In this document: positions 51,460 through 52,992 of the stretch, one piece after another
How positions within the stretch are numbered: the stretch's first letter is position 1
Layout: each line of letters begins with the position of its first letter
Origin: Octopus sinensis
Lineage: Eukaryota
Assembly: GCF_006345805.1 (NCBI RefSeq)
Contig: NW_021834296.1
Span: 1-52,992 of the forward strand
Length of the DNA: 52,992 nucleotides
Direction: 5' to 3'
The notes under the pieces: generated by a model
Databases searched by the model: none
Told to the model about the DNA's origin: nothing
Seen by the model: the letters and a program-made list of their open reading frames with translations, nothing else
Translations under genes and position numbers: made by a program

Positions 51460-52992
51460 CTGTAAAAAATATTTCCAAGTTTTACATTTAAAAATAAACT
51501 ACTTTATCTTTATTTTTATTAAGCACTACTTGTTATTGTGAGACATTCAATTCCTGTCGGTACTGGTCAAATGTTGACCATTATGGTTTGGTCAATATTT
51601 CGTACTTTCTACAGTGGTCTCATGTAATCTCCAAATGTCCACAATAAAACAGACTAACATCCTATATCCACCCTCTCCCTCTCTTTCTTTTTTCACTCTG
51701 TCTGTCTGTCTGTATGTCTGTCTCTCTCTCTCTCTCTAGAAACACATTAAATATTCTAACAATGTACCAATTATCTCATTTAATTAACACTTGATAAGAG
51801 TTTTCTCTTAGCTTTGTCTTTCTCTTTTTGTAACTGTGCCAAATCTATGGCATGGCACTGTCCTCTCATCTCTAGAATTCACTAATCAACATTCCTCTCT
51901 AATTAAGTAAAACTGAGCCCATAAAGACATGTCCTTTATGTGCATACCCTCCACCCCGCACACAATCTGTCCCCTACAAAACATCTCCACAAGCCAAATT
52001 CCATACACCCTTCCCCAACATGATCCCTAACAAGATATAAAATGTAATGTGATGGTACACGATGTCCCTATGACAAAATAAGTTTACATTTCAGACATAC
52101 AACTGTAAGAGAGTTAATGAATTATAGCTTATTAATTATCATGATAATTGGGTATATATGTGATACAATGTCACTGTGCCTGACGGTGCAATACTAGATA
52201 TCAATATAGATTGTATATAATCTGAGTAAAGAACATATAACCTTCATTACAATGAATATGATTGTGTCTCAGCACAGCTAATATTATGGTAGTTCCATGA
52301 GCAAACGAAGAAAGATATAACCAAGTCCACTGCCAAATACTAATGATTAATTCATTTCCTGGTCAAATAACAATGACTATCTTTCATTAAATAATTTGAA
52401 CGCAACAATCAAGACCAAAGGGTGAAACACTCAGAAAACTGTGCCTCTTTTAGCATTAATATCATCTAAAATCTAACAAGAGTGAGAAAAAGAATGACTA
52501 TATGGATGGTAAATGTTGTTCAAACAATGTAATAAGTGTATATTATATATAGTTACAAACAGGGATTTGTGTTTTCATATTATATTCAATTTCCGTTTGT
52601 ATATTTTGTATAAACACCAATAATTTGTTTAAATGCAAACAGATGTTCACGGTTCAATACCAAATTTAACATTTAATAAAATTAAGTTCATGATGAATAT
52701 TCTTATACAGAGTTAATATTTAATTAGAATTTTCTAATTTGCAACAACAAAATGTATTCTTACCACAGACATTCAGGGTACACAGCCCCAGAAAATACAA
52801 CATATTACGACAGACATCTGGCTACATAACAACATCAAGAATAACCTATCAGAAAACTTACGAAAGATCTTAGTAGAAAAACAAACAACTATCTTAACTC
52901 ACGAGTTTACACCTAAAAATAATAATAAATTATAGTTCCCTCTTCCAGAAGACAATATTAACTCTATTGTGGCTTTTAATTTATCCATTTTA

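Overview
Repeat-dense eukaryotic DNA. The tRNA-derived SINEs and abundant (TA)n/(AAT)n/(GAT)n tracts suggest an octopus or other coleoid cephalopod (inference). Most long ORFs in the track are microsatellite artefacts. Two spliced genes can be rebuilt by hand. (1) A + strand secreted protein (6816 to about 22706): signal peptide, an extremely acidic D/E/S domain, an EMI domain, then seven 120-nt exons encoding very Arg-rich EGF/cbEGF modules, three of them duplicated in a recent 4.2-kb tandem event whose junction lies in SINE tails. (2) A - strand, probably decaying, death-domain gene (44620 to >51459) built from repeated mini-exon cassettes. The strongest unexplained signal is a set of type I hammerhead ribozyme motifs from about five unrelated repeat families, all near (TA)n or other simple repeats: a 1.9-kb foldback with a motif in each arm, and a 491-bp tandem-plus-inverted repeat with an extended, G-U-rich stem II, resembling Penelope-like elements or retrozymes. 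Also present: relics of CR1/Jockey-, Tx1-, R4-, RTE- and Hero/R2-like retrotransposons, a Helitron helicase, a Chapaev3-like transposase, a MITE with an 8-bp TSD, and 631-bp and 712-bp tandem arrays. All calls are by eye; no searches or folding programs were run.
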